Positions 18,676-30,200 of a DNA stretch of 64,000 nucleotides are shown piece after piece (position 1 is the first letter of the stretch; the number at the start of each line of letters is the position of its first letter). Origin of the DNA: Diplonema japonicum (taxonomy: Eukaryota > Protista > Euglenozoa: Diplonemea); assembly GCA_964019335.1 (NCBI GenBank), contig OZ025686.1:1-64000 (forward strand), in the 5' to 3' direction. A model generated the notes under the pieces. It was not told where the DNA came from. It worked only from the letters and a program-made list of their open reading frames with translations, and ran no database searches. The translations under genes and the position numbers were made by a program.

Positions 18676-19801
18676 TCAGTTTTCGGGGGTGCTCTTGCGG
18701 AACCAAATTCTGCATTGGAACTTCCTGAACAGATCATTGAGGACAGGCCTCCAGTCGGTCCTTGCTGTAGGGGACGTGTAGTACAGAGTGAGCTTCGCCA
18801 TGTCAAACTGGAACTCAGCGTTGGTTATATCCATACGAATGCCTGTTGGGGTTTTAAAAACAAAACTTCTACGCCCCCTAAATACCTGAGTTCGAAATGA
18901 TTTCGTTAGCCTCCTTCACGACCTGCGCTTCTTTTGCTGGCAGCTCGTTCAGGTATGTGTGCAACTCGCTCTCTGTCGCCATTCTGACGGCCTTCTTCTC
19001 TGCCTTGTCCTCCGTCGGCGTGAAGGACGTGACAACACCCAAGTCGACGCCCCTGTCCCCACCGACAAGGATGTGCTCCCCTGCCTTGACGGGGAAGGTC
19101 ACGCTGTGCTCCTCGCTACGGTTGAACCTTTGAGAAATTAATATTTGGAAGAAATAAAAAAAGTTTTAAACTACCTGAATTTCACGACTGCAATACCATT
19201 GACATCTGCAGGGGGCTCAGGCTCCGCTGGCGGCTGGGGCTGGAAGTATGATGTCGATGGCGTCGTCGGCGATTGTGCTGCAGGCATGAGGAACAATGAC
19301 AAGCATACCATGCACATCGGTGTGCATCTGCCACGTGGGCGTGTAGTGCGTAGGGCTTCCACCAGGCGGTGCTGGCGTAGAAGGCGCCGACGACATTGCA
19401 GGCGTCGGAGTTGGTGCTGCAGGAGTATGGGGGGTTTGATGCTGAGGCTGAAGCAGCGGAGGTGGTGGGATGGTCTCCTAATCAAAAGAAAAGCGTTGTC
19501 ATGTTTTCATTATCCATACCTGCTGTGGGTAATCATAGTAAGTCTCTGAGTAAGGTTGCAGTTCCGGTACCTGCGTAGGTGGAGCAGGTGAGGCCGTAAG
19601 AGGTAGCTGCGGTGACGGAGAGGCATAAGGATCGTGCCTGTACTTCACACCCATTGGCGACGTGTTGTAAGTCGGTATATACTGTTGCGGGGACTCCTTT
19701 GCTGCGAGAAGCTCTGCCTTCTTCGCTGCTCTTGCAGTACCAAGCTTACCCCTAGGGGGGTTCATAAGGTTGGTACGGTCTCCCAATGCTGCGCGCGCCA
19801 T
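18676..19801 (-). CDS. PSP1 C-terminal domain protein (multi-exon)
   Basis: Spliced exons give VGGDRGVDLGVV, RMATESE, AEFQFDMAKLTLYY and DWRPVLNDLFRKFQCRIW. Confidence 0.85.
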
Positions 19802-19929
19802 TTTTCTTTTGGTAGTAACCCAGCCTGGTGTTTTTTTCCCATACATCTTCATAGTATCCAGGGTTAACCGATCACCCGCGGGTTTTTAATTACAATCGGG
19901 TTTTAAATTGACGTCAAATGAAAGGCGAG

Positions 19930-20230
19930 CATGCAACCATGCTTAAAACCCTTATATTCGTATCCCGACCCCCCCAGATACACAAAGCCGACCCCAGGGA
20001 GCATCAAAACGACTCAGAGAAGGATTATTTTCCCGAAAAGCTGGGTTTTCCCTTTTTTGGCGGTTTTTCTTCTTTTTTCTGTTTAAATAGGAGCGAAATC
20101 AAAAATCAATAATTAGAACGGGAGGAGAGCGTGCAACCATACTTATAACCCTTCTATTCGTCTCCCGGACCTCCCAGATACACAAAGCCTGCATCGAAAC
20201 GACTTAGAAAAGGATTATTTTCCCGAAAAT
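19930..20230. repeat. Two imperfect subterminal direct repeats spaced ~200 nt inside the hAT element
   Basis: gcaaccat...cccagatacacaaagcc at ~19933 and ~20133; aaggattattttcccgaaaa occurs twice. Confidence 0.8.
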
Positions 20231-20283
20231 CGGGATGTTCACCCACAGAGAACTGAATGCACGCACGATGAACGCCCAATTTC

Positions 20284-20600
20284 TTACGCCCAATTTCCTC
20301 CCTGCTTGCAACCCGGCGTGCCTGAGAACGTGGTGCCTGTCAGACGAAGACAGAGCACTGCTATGTCCTGGTTCAGGTACAAGAACAACAGCTGCCTTCG
20401 TACGTCTAGTGTGAGGCGGACGCGACGTATCTCTCCGGACTTGGCGTCGATCGAGGAGAACACCGCGTCCACGGCTGTTACTACAGGCTGCGTGTACAGC
20501 AGCGACAAGGCCCTGTCATGCAAAACAGGGAGAGCAGCTTTCTGAGCCAGCCACCACGCTTCGATTTCGAATGAGGTCGTCTCAAGGCTGTGGTCCATTT
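20284..20600 (-). pseudogene. hAT transposase C-terminal dimerisation-domain remnant
   Basis: AWW...LPVLHDRALSLLYTQP...AVFS...RRVRL...LLFLYLN pattern. Confidence 0.8.
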
Positions 20601-21063
20601 GGGCTTGACAGCCATCCCCTCTTACACGTCTTGCAGGGGTAGGCTGTCGCGTACCGTTGCGAAGCCGCGCTAGAAAAACTAGTTGATGGCAGCGTAATGA
20701 GCTATTTTTATTAGGTAAAATTCCGCTCGTGCGCATAAACAGACCCTGACCCGGTACATAATAACAAGTCTGAAAACCAGTTTTTTCAAAACTGCATTTA
20801 AAGCCTTAAATAAGGCTCCATTTTGGGTTTTGATAGCTGGAATGGGCTCAGATCGTCAAAATAGGGTTTCTGAAAAAAAATTTTGAGCATGGTCTTGGTT
20901 TTTGCCGATCAAACCGATCCGAAATTACAAAAAAACCCATCATTAACCCGACAGTGATCGAAAATCTAAAATTGCTCGGGTCGGGTTTTAAAACCCGAAG
21001 GTGATCGGTTAACCCTGGATACTATGCATCTTCATATGAAAATAAAAGAAAATAAAAATGCCT

Positions 21064-22374
21064 TCAAAGTGCTCCCTTGCTTCTTAGCTTGTTGTTCTCG
21101 TTGGCGACGATGGTGAACTCTCTGAACATCTTGCAGTTTTGCGCGTCCTGACGAGAGATGACAACGTGGTCCAGCTTGCGCAACATGGTCTGCCCCTTGA
21201 AGGAAGGACAGAGAAGGTTCAAAACTTGCATCTTATAATTACCTTTAGCTTTATTCTCAAGAGGGTTGTTCCACAGGGTAAGGGAGTAGAGCGACGTGAT
21301 CTTGGCGAGCTTCTTCACCTCGTCGAAGGAGCGTATGTTGTTAGAATGCAGGTAGAGAACCTGGATCGGGAACTCGTCCAGATCGCAGGGGAGGGACTCA
21401 ATGTTGTTGCACGAGAGGTCCAAAAAGGACAGATTCAGGGTGCTGTGGCGCACCAACATCTTCAAACACTTCGAGAGCTCGTGCACACCCGTTAGCTGGT
21501 TGTTGCTGAGCTTCACTGCGTTGCACATGAATCCATTGTACCTCGGGGCGGTACCCTTTGACGGTGATAGCAGCTCTTCTATCTTCATGTTTGGGTCGTC
21601 AAGTATGGCATTCATCTCTGTCCTATCCCACGAGTAAACCTCGTCCTTGTCTTTCGTCCTCGCCTTGATAAGGATGATGTCTTCCTCCTCTGCCTCGGTT
21701 TTTGCTTCTTCCCTCGCCTTGCGCTGCTGCGCTTGCTGGTCTTGCAATATCTGCTGCTGTTGTTTTGCCGTGGATGTCTTCATCTTGTACCTTGTCCCCG
21801 ACCTGGGCTCAGTCGAGAACAGTTGTCTTAAGCTCGACACCTCCTTGAACGAGAAATCTAACACCGGCTTCCCCAGGTTCTTCACGTTCGCATTGCAGAT
21901 GGAAGCCGTGGAGTCAATTGTTGACTGCATGAAGTGTGTCTTCCTTGGGCTTGCCATTGGTGGGAACGTTGTTGGCTGCTCCTTGAGCGTCGAACCCAAT
22001 TCCTGCAGCGCTGCCACAACATGTCTCGACGCACTGTCGGAGTACAGCCCCAACTGTTCCCGTGTAATTCTATGCACCTTCACAGTGTCTGGACACACAA
22101 GGATGCTGTCTGTAAAGTCCAGCCCCCTCACGTTCCACCTCAACACTGCCGCGGTTTCGGTCTTCCCAGCATCCTGCACCTTCACAGTTACCGTGTGACC
22201 TCCGCACCACTTGAACACTTTCAAAACTTCTCGCAGCACGCACACCCTGCCAGCAGAACTCTGAAAGCCTCGAAGACTCACATCTTTAGAAAGCATGTTG
22301 GAAAACAGATCTAAGTTCTGGTTACTCAACGCCTGTGAGTACTGCTCCGCCACTTTGTCGATGCTGAAGTCCAT
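21064..22374 (-). CDS. Leucine-rich-repeat protein, LRRC51-like C-terminus with a possible NTF2/SnoaL-like N-terminus
   Basis: LSNNQL, LDLSCNNI, LYLHSNNI, LTLWNNPL and an LRR cap (YK...LRKLD). Confidence 0.8.
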   Translation of the reverse strand: MDFSIDKVAEQYSQALSNQNLDLFSNMLSKDVSLRGFQSSAGRVCVLREVLKVFKWCGGHTVTVKVQDAGKTETAAVLRWNVRGLDFTDSILVCPDTVKVHRITREQLGLYSDSASRHVVAALQELGSTLKEQPTTFPPMASPRKTHFMQSTIDSTASICNANVKNLGKPVLDFSFKEVSSLRQLFSTEPRSGTRYKMKTSTAKQQQQILQDQQAQQRKAREEAKTEAEEEDIILIKARTKDKDEVYSWDRTEMNAILDDPNMKIEELLSPSKGTAPRYNGFMCNAVKLSNNQLTGVHELSKCLKMLVRHSTLNLSFLDLSCNNIESLPCDLDEFPIQVLYLHSNNIRSFDEVKKLAKITSLYSLTLWNNPLENKAKGNYKMQVLNLLCPSFKGQTMLRKLDHVVISRQDAQNCKMFREFTIVANENNKLRSKGAL

Positions 22375-22449
22375 CTCCCCCCCTCCCCCTCCTATTAGCT
22401 ACAGACAGGAAGGTTCACAGAATATAAATCTACTGTCTATGCAGGCCTA

Positions 22450-23988
22450 CTAAGCCCTGGCGAGCAACATATTGGCACGCTCTAAAGAATTGATCGTTAA
22501 TGCTGTAAGCTCCGTTTCATATCTACTCCAAAAGTAAGCGATCTTATCCTTGCTGTCGTCAAAGCTCTCTCCTAGAGAGGTGGAGTGTATTCTGAATGCT
22601 TGATTGATGTGCTTCAACACCTCTTCATCGCTGTAAGAAGCGTTGTTTGACTTGTGCACAGCGAGATACATATTGGTGGACACCAAAAGGGGCCAGTTTG
22701 CTGGCATGTGCCTGATGATGTAGGAATGAAGTTTCACAAGAGAGTCCAACACCCCTTGCCTCTCTGCCCACAATTTGCACCTCAGAAGTGTCACCATAAA
22801 GGTCGCCTCGTCGTCTTCTCCCAACACACGCACTGCGTCCTCCTCCAACTGCGCTGCCAGCACTGCTGCATTGTCGCGTACATTCGGGTCGCTTTCGCTG
22901 TTCAAGTCGCTGATAGCCTCAAACCGTTTTTCGATCGCTTCACGCTCTTTGTTTTCTCCTTTTTTTGGCTTGGTCACCTTGCATCTCTCACAAGCACATT
23001 CAAATCTCAGCTTAGCATGCCTGCTTGCCGCATCCATGTGCAGCGGGCAGTATGTGATAGTCACCTCGTCGCCCGCTTTAATTGTTTTTAGCGTCCTGAT
23101 CCTTATGGTACCTGTTTCGTGACAGAAGCTCTGTACTGCATTAGGGGTACAGCTATGGTTAATGCGCGAACCTGAGAGGTACAGTGCGCTGCCCGACTTG
23201 CCTTTCTCGCCTACCCTGAAGTCTATCTCCCCCACTGCATGTCCATTGGCATCCCACACACAGAAGAACCTCTCCTCACCCAACCTGCTGCCTCCAGAAG
23301 GGTCGTGAAGTCCAGACACCCACTCTTGGGTGCTGCTGTCTAATTTCATGCACTGCTTCACGATGTCCTTACCTGCAAGTTGCCAATGGGTTTCTTTTGT
23401 GAAACAAGTGGGTTTCTCCTTTAGCACGGTCTCGCCTTGCTCCAGATTTCTGACAGCCACCATACCGACCGCATGTGTCTTCGTGTAGGCAATTTCTACC
23501 CCGTCACGTGTGGCACTCCGGAAGATGCTGCGCCGTACTTCGTTAATGAGTTTCGTGGTCCCGTTGTCAGTCTCGCTGAGGGACAGGGATTTCTTGAAGC
23601 ATGCCTGCGCACAGAGTAGCAGCTCAAATTCATTCACGCTTCGCATGGTTGTTGCTTCATCAATATGAGCAGTGAAGACAAGCACAGGCAAAACCTCGCT
23701 CTGATACTTCTTGTTCTTGACCAGCATCGACAGTGCTTGCCCTTTCCTATAGTAAGCCTTCGCACTCTTCTGCTTGCTAAGACTATCATTGCAGCTTAGA
23801 ATCGCTTTACAGCAGTTGCCTTCTTGGATTCTAACCGCTGCAATATTATTGTGAACAACGCTCTCTTCTGCCTCTGTAGCGCACCTGGCAAGAGCTTCCT
23901 CGTAGCATGTGAGAGCTTCTTTAAAGTCTTTCTTTTTGAAGGCTTGGTTTCCTTCATCCTTCCAAGCAGAAGCTCCTTTCAACGCCAT
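22450..23988 (-). CDS. TPR + SET domain lysine methyltransferase (SMYD-like)
   Basis: KDEGNQAFK TPR, RINHSCTPNA, GDEVTITY and post-SET FECACERC. Confidence 0.9.
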   Translation of the reverse strand: MALKGASAWKDEGNQAFKKKDFKEALTCYEEALARCATEAEESVVHNNIAAVRIQEGNCCKAILSCNDSLSKQKSAKAYYRKGQALSMLVKNKKYQSEVLPVLVFTAHIDEATTMRSVNEFELLLCAQACFKKSLSLSETDNGTTKLINEVRRSIFRSATRDGVEIAYTKTHAVGMVAVRNLEQGETVLKEKPTCFTKETHWQLAGKDIVKQCMKLDSSTQEWVSGLHDPSGGSRLGEERFFCVWDANGHAVGEIDFRVGEKGKSGSALYLSGSRINHSCTPNAVQSFCHETGTIRIRTLKTIKAGDEVTITYCPLHMDAASRHAKLRFECACERCKVTKPKKGENKEREAIEKRFEAISDLNSESDPNVRDNAAVLAAQLEEDAVRVLGEDDEATFMVTLLRCKLWAERQGVLDSLVKLHSYIIRHMPANWPLLVSTNMYLAVHKSNNASYSDEEVLKHINQAFRIHSTSLGESFDDSKDKIAYFWSRYETELTALTINSLERANMLLARA

Positions 23989-24037
23989 CGTAGCCTGTGA
24001 TGTGGTGTGTGCGGAACAAAACAAGAATGTTAGTCAT

Positions 24038-24558
24038 CTAGAAAAGTGTTGCCTGTCCACCCTCGTCAAACACAACGTCGAGGAAGGAGTAGGGCTCCCT
24101 CCGTGTCAGGGCAACTACGTGCGGATAATCTAACTCTTTTTTATTAGCACGCACCGCCTGTTTCATTCCTGCCTGTGGGATACAACATGTGCCATAAACC
24201 TCACCCATACCTCTGTCAGTTGTTTAATGAACAACTCCGCAGCGATGGCTACATATTTTGCATTCTTGCTCACTTTGCTGGCATTGGCGTCTCTATCAGC
24301 ACTCATTACACCCTTCACCCGGCTCGCAAAACCTACCATGTTCATGTGCAGCAACTCTTTCTTCTCTTCCTCTTCTACCTCATTCTCCTCAGAAGAGCTC
24401 TCATGGCCTTCGCTTTCGTCCTCGCCGTTGGCTGTTTTGCCGTCCTCACGCAACACCACCTCCTCCTCATGCACCTCCTCCTCACTTTCATCATCGCTGA
24501 GTGGCTGCAGCGCGCTCACATCCGGCATAGGGACGTCGACATCATCACCGCCGCTCAT
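24038..24558 (-). CDS. Histone-fold protein (NF-YC/DPB3-like) with acidic N-terminus, 2 exons
   Basis: SRVKGVM...AAELFIKQL, then a short GT-AG intron, then KKELDYPHV...YSFLD. Confidence 0.8.
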
Positions 24559-24618
24559 TTGACCTGTCCAGTAGGTAAAAAGTGCACCAATTACCAAAGA
24601 AAGTAAAAGAGATTACCA

Positions 24619-25674
24619 CTACAGAGCACTGTAGATCATTCTCAACGACCTCGAGCAGTCTATTCCCCGCTTCTTGCTGTCCGTCACCAAGCGCTCCACC
24701 TCATCCATGTCACCTAGCTCCACGTAAATCTTGATCATCGTGTTTGTCACGTATAATGACGAAACTCCTTTCTTGACTGCTTCTTCATAAACAGCACCGC
24801 TGATACTTCTGATGTCGTCTGCACGTGACAGGTCTGCCCTTGCGATTTTATAGCATAGTGCAAGGAGAATGGAGTAGGACATCGCTGTCGGCGGGTGGTG
24901 CTGCGCTGCAGTTTGGAACACGTGGTAGCAGCCCCTGACGTCGAGAGCTTCTTTATGGGCATTCATCAGGATGTTGTATGTGACCTGAGATGGCTTGACT
25001 TCGAGCTTGTGCATCGTGCGCAGTGTGCGCCAGCAACTTCGCACGTCACCTTTGCGTGCGTCGATAGTCATGACGGCGTTCAGCACAGGTGCGTCCAAAG
25101 CATCACGGAAGTCAGATACAAGCATCAGTGCCTCGCGTGTGGTGTCCATAGCACGCGTTATGGACGTCAGCTCGTACGACGTCACAGGGTGACCCTCATC
25201 ATGCATCAGGCGCAGTACTCGCAGCGCTGCTTCTTTCTTGTTCCAAGCACAGCAAGTAAAAAGCGTGCTAGTGTACGTGTGCCTATTGGGTGTCTGTCCT
25301 GCAGCTTCTATGTCCCTAAACACAGCGACAAGGCTCTTCCACCTCACGTACCGCTTCTCTCCGCCCATCATGCGTATCAGGTTATTGTTTAGATTCAACG
25401 ACCTTGGCACCCTGCGTGCCTGCATTTCATTCAGCAGCCTGTCAACTAGTCTATACTGCTTGGTCGTCGCCAAGTATGACACCATCACACCGTAGGATAC
25501 AGTACCCACCGAAGCGTCACCCAAACTATTCCACGTGCACAACAGTCTCCGTAACACGTCCCGGCCCCTTACATACACCACACACGCCCTTGCTACCCCA
25601 TGCTCTTCGATAATCCTTGTCAACGTCTGAGCAGCAGTCACGTCATCAATTTCTGTAGCCACCTCTCCGAGCAT
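24619..25674 (-). CDS. Pentatricopeptide repeat (PPR) protein
   Basis: Repeats such as PNRHTYTSTL, PSQVTYNILMNAH and PTAMSYSILL. Confidence 0.88.
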   Translation of the reverse strand: MLGEVATEIDDVTAAQTLTRIIEEHGVARACVVYVRGRDVLRRLLCTWNSLGDASVGTVSYGVMVSYLATTKQYRLVDRLLNEMQARRVPRSLNLNNNLIRMMGGEKRYVRWKSLVAVFRDIEAAGQTPNRHTYTSTLFTCCAWNKKEAALRVLRLMHDEGHPVTSYELTSITRAMDTTREALMLVSDFRDALDAPVLNAVMTIDARKGDVRSCWRTLRTMHKLEVKPSQVTYNILMNAHKEALDVRGCYHVFQTAAQHHPPTAMSYSILLALCYKIARADLSRADDIRSISGAVYEEAVKKGVSSLYVTNTMIKIYVELGDMDEVERLVTDSKKRGIDCSRSLRMIYSAL

Positions 25675-25715
25675 TGCATGTCACTGTGTGCAGTGGTTGT
25701 GGTTCACTTTTTGTA

Positions 25716-27194
25716 CTAAACTACTATTCCAATGGCTTCGCAGCACAACTCTTCTTGAGCTGTCTCCAACGACCAACCCTCCCCAGTAACAAGTTGTATT
25801 ACCCACAACAGGCTGCCAACTAACGAGATATATTGCATGCTACATTCACACTCTTCCGTGCATTGCTTTCCACGCCGGCAGCAAAGAGTGCACTTGTGGT
25901 GCACTACCCAAGGTACGCTTGGTGCTGTTGGTGTAACGGACAACATCTCATACTGTATCTTTTCTTTGCAAGCAGTGAATATCGCAGTGAGAAGAGATGC
26001 TTTCACTCTGTCCCCCGAGAGCGTAATGAGAACAGTGTCAGACTCTGTGATCATAGCGCCTACCTTCTCCGGTGTGAAATCCGAATATGCAACTTGTTCT
26101 TCCCTCACAGTGCCCAGCATATCATTGCGCACGTTGATGGATTCCACCACACTCTGGGACATCACTTTGCAGAGAGCAGGGCAACACCCGCCTACACATA
26201 ATATTAGCACATGCCTTGGGCGCGACACTGGCACGCTGTCTTCGTGCTTTCGTTTTTTTACAGGCGATGACCTGGAAGAAGGAAATTGCGACGGAAGCAA
26301 AGGAGGAAGAAGCCCGTTGTGTTCTGCCACGCCAGGCATCAAACCTCGCAACTCATCGATGATGCCTGAGGAACACGCTTGTTTCCTGTAAGCTATAAGC
26401 AACGAGAGTACAAGGAGCATCAGCGCCCCGTCAGTTGTGTCTACAGATGTGTAAAAACCTGTAACACAAGTGGTCAACTCGTTGTACCAATCGCTTGCCA
26501 CTGGCCACGTCGCATGTTCCTCCGAGTTGAAGTACATCCCGTAACAGGTGCTGAGGTGGATGCCCATCAGTGACTCACGCACCCTACTCTGCAACATCAC
26601 TACCAGGTCATGCACCGCACAGAACTCCTCAAACGCTGAATGGCCGCTTGTCACGACTTCGTTCTGCACGAGCTCCTTTGGCGTGCAACTGAAGGACTGC
26701 CCCTGCTTTGAGCTATGTGTCACAAGCGTCACCCACACCTTGTTTCCTTTGTTCCTCAGGGCGGAAAGCATCTCGCATTTGTCAAATAACTCGTTCCGTG
26801 ACACAAACTGCAGCGTAATGACATGCACGTTGGTGGACCCAAACGGGGAACATTCAACAGCTGGCTTTACGAAACAAGCGCTCCTGCTGTTTGCAGACCG
26901 TAGCTCCAGGAAACAGATCACTGTGGCGTTCTTAATCATACTAAATTTCGTAATCTTCGTAGCCTCGGGGAGCACACTCTGGTTCTTTTTCATGAACGCG
27001 TCCACGGCCTCGTTCACATGATCCTCCAAGGCTTCAATGTTGTCAGAATTGAGGGATTTCCATTCTTCCTTGTCCTTATGCTGCTCGCAGCCATCAAACC
27101 CGCAGCTAATTAACGTCTCGCCTGCTTCATCTTTGTTGTACTTCACCATGAAAATCGGGCTGCATGGGACGGTGTCCTCATCGCCATAATTCAT
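25716..27194 (-). CDS. Hypothetical protein, possible CHAT/caspase-fold (clan CD) domain
   Basis: Long ORF with a CTAAC...CAG acceptor just before ATG 27194. Motifs VTLVTHS, IHLSTCYG and VTGF...VD. Confidence 0.6.
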   Translation of the reverse strand: MNYGDEDTVPCSPIFMVKYNKDEAGETLISCGFDGCEQHKDKEEWKSLNSDNIEALEDHVNEAVDAFMKKNQSVLPEATKITKFSMIKNATVICFLELRSANSRSACFVKPAVECSPFGSTNVHVITLQFVSRNELFDKCEMLSALRNKGNKVWVTLVTHSSKQGQSFSCTPKELVQNEVVTSGHSAFEEFCAVHDLVVMLQSRVRESLMGIHLSTCYGMYFNSEEHATWPVASDWYNELTTCVTGFYTSVDTTDGALMLLVLSLLIAYRKQACSSGIIDELRGLMPGVAEHNGLLPPLLPSQFPSSRSSPVKKRKHEDSVPVSRPRHVLILCVGGCCPALCKVMSQSVVESINVRNDMLGTVREEQVAYSDFTPEKVGAMITESDTVLITLSGDRVKASLLTAIFTACKEKIQYEMLSVTPTAPSVPWVVHHKCTLCCRRGKQCTEECECSMQYISLVGSLLWVIQLVTGEGWSLETAQEELCCEAIGIVV

Positions 27195-27239
27195 ATAACC
27201 TGAATAGTTAGAGTAACAGTGACACGGTGAAACAATCAA

Positions 27240-30200
27240 CTAAGCTACATGGACAAACTCTCTAAGTTGGGCTGCTTGTGATAACAAGACAGAACTTTCG
27301 AAGGGTACTTGATGTTCAGTGTAATATCGTTGAAGCACAGAACAGTAAGGTGCGAAGCCTGAGTGGTGGAGCCTGTTGATGTAGTCCCTGTGCTCGCAAG
27401 CTGTGGTCAGGCACTGCAGCACAGCGTGTTGGATGGAGGTATCACTCACGTGCCGTGTTGCACACTGGAGGATGATGCAGAGACCATCTGCATCAATGAA
27501 GTACCTACGCAGCATGCTCGAGGCGATGATTGACCTGACAACCAGCAAGCCTTTCAAAGCTACACGTTTGCTGGCCACATGGGACTTCATGCAGTGCAGC
27601 ACAGCCTTCATCATGGGGTCGTCAACGTCACCTGACATACTGCTCCCACCCACGTCTGGGATGATGTTGCAGACAGCTGTCAGCGCAACAGCATGTACAT
27701 CGGCCGATGCCTTGCTGTTCAAAACCACTGTTAAGGCATTCAATGTGATGTTATGGTGTTTCTTGCTGTCGCGGAGCCTTTGCGGCTGATCGCAGGCCAT
27801 TTTCTCATACAGCGTGGACACCTCGTTCACAGTAAGTCCGTACATGATCTCACATCCCACGATGCTGTTGCTGATCCAGTGCAGTGCTAGTACACAGTTT
27901 TGCACAATGTCAGCTGTCGTATTTGCAAACAGGCAGCATGCAACGACAGCGACGAGTGACTTCATTAAGGTGTGCGGCAGGACCGATACCCAGGCACTCT
28001 CGGCAATGGTGCCTTCAGTCGCGTTGCACAGCACAGCAAAGTACTTCGAGATCTCCGCGACAACAGTGTTGTTGCAGGTGTGCCGCATTAAGGATGAAAT
28101 GAGAGCTTCAAGCGTCTTGTGCCCCTCAAAGGGCAGCTGGGACAGCACGATAGTGCAATTCATCGTCAGCTCCTCGTTGTCGCTGTGGTTATGCAAGTGC
28201 TGCAGAATGACGTCCCGAACCTCTGGCACTTCGTTCAGAGCGCTGGCGCTGAATCGCATCACGTTCACAGCATCGCACACCAGTTCACAATCAGACCCGG
28301 CCTCCGCTGATACGCGTGCCACAGTGCGCAGCAGGTTGTCGTCAACCAGTTCTTGTTCCATGGGACAGGCCGACATGAAGCTCAGCATAGACATTGCCAA
28401 CCGCAGCAGCTTTAGTTCCTTGTGGTTGCTGACTACCCCGGACAGCATCGCATGGGCATCAAGGTAGTACAGTACGTTCACAAGCTGATCGTCGCTGATT
28501 GTTGCGTTGCTGCAAAGTAGCCTCACGAGGGACAGCCCTGTCTGTAAAAGGCGCGCATCATCGCCCATCAGCCCCATCACAGTCCCCAGAGTGTGCTTCA
28601 TGGTATGCGGGTTGGTTATTTTTGCACAATCACAAGACACCTGAAGACGTTTCAGAACCTTCAAGACCGTGTATTTGATGTCATCCTCTATCCGCCCATC
28701 ACTCACGTTGTCAATTAACTTTACGAGCTTAGGGAACATGTCATTGCTCAGGTGTGCCTCGCCACATGACACGAGAACCGCAGCGCAACATTCCAAGACA
28801 ACCTTCTTGTGCTTGCCAACCTGTAACATTGTTCTGACTACAGATAGATGCTGTGGTTTCACCTTGTGTAAGGTGAGGTCGTGCAGGACAATGCTAGCGC
28901 AGTAGTCAGCAATAGCCTCATCTGCTGGATGGCTTTGGATGATGAGAGGCGCCAACCCAACACCTGCGTCAAGGTGGTACAGGATTTCGCACCCCAATAA
29001 ACACACCCCAATGGAACTTATATTTGCCTTAATGCAATCGATTATGACTTCTACCACAGACAGCGACCGAAGCATCTGTCCAGGTCTCGCCCTCACAGCT
29101 GTGGCCACCACGTCCAAGCCAAGCAGCACGACTGTGTCGTTCAGTGCATGGAAGCTCATAGCACGCAGCACGCTGGAGAGCCCTTCTTTGTGGAGTTCAC
29201 AATCGCACGACCCTAAACACTCCAGGAGCAGTTTGCATAAAAACTCGTCCTTGTACTTCAGAAGTAAGTACTTTAGTATCATAGCGTGCACCGAGTGGTA
29301 GACTTGCCCGCCAGCAGCGCACACTGCAACAGTTTCGAATGCGCAGGAAAGGGTTTCCGAGTCGAGGATTTCATGATATGCAAGTGCTTCGTGTATGGTA
29401 TACTGCATGGAGTCGCTGTACGTGGACAAGAAGCTGTAGTTTGCCAGTGCCACAGACATGGTGCGCAGACACGTCACCACCACTTCGACATCAGCTTTGC
29501 ACTGCGACGTTACGTCGATAGCCATAAGGAGGATCTCCTTCGCTGCCAGGTGCACCCCTTCAGACGGTTCAGCGATTCTTAAATAGTTTAGCCCAAAGAT
29601 ACTGATTGCTTTCAACACATCGTGATCTTTGAAAGTCTCTCTGCAGCCCACAATGCTAATTACCGCTTCTTTGGGCACAGCGTGTATCATCTCACTTTCA
29701 CTCAATGAATTCACTAAGCATAACGCCAGCGATCTGTCACTATGCCCGTGCTTCACAAAGACTGTGCTGAGTACACTTACATCGACACTGCCCCCCTTGC
29801 AATATGCTTCGGCTACCAGATGTAGAGTCTCGTTGGAGTGCCGCACGCTATGCGACAACACGCATCTGAGGGTTTTCCTGTATGTTTCGTGGTCCTCACC
29901 TGACAAGCTGTCCTGTTGATGCTCATAGCTGATCAGCAGGCACTCTAAGCACACAGCCACCATGGCATCAGAGTCGGAGTCCACCTCTAGCAAATCGTTG
30001 CACACGACATTCAAAGACTTAACAAGGATCCCAAGCTCCTGAGAACAAGTGAATGTGGCAGCATTGGCCCTACTGTTGAGAGCGGTCAACAAGTTCCTGA
30101 TGACCACAAGCTCCGTGTACAGCAGCTCGTCGGCAACAGCGCCAGTGATGTCTGCCAGTATTGCGAGTATGGGAGTCTTTGTGAGCACAATTAGGGTGCT

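Larger units (their letters stand above)
19850..21026. mobile_element. Non-autonomous hAT DNA transposon (1177 bp)
   Basis: Perfect 27-bp TIRs catagtatccagggttaaccgatcacc (19850-19876 and 21000-21026), flanked by catctt direct repeats, with an internal transposase remnant. Confidence 0.9.
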
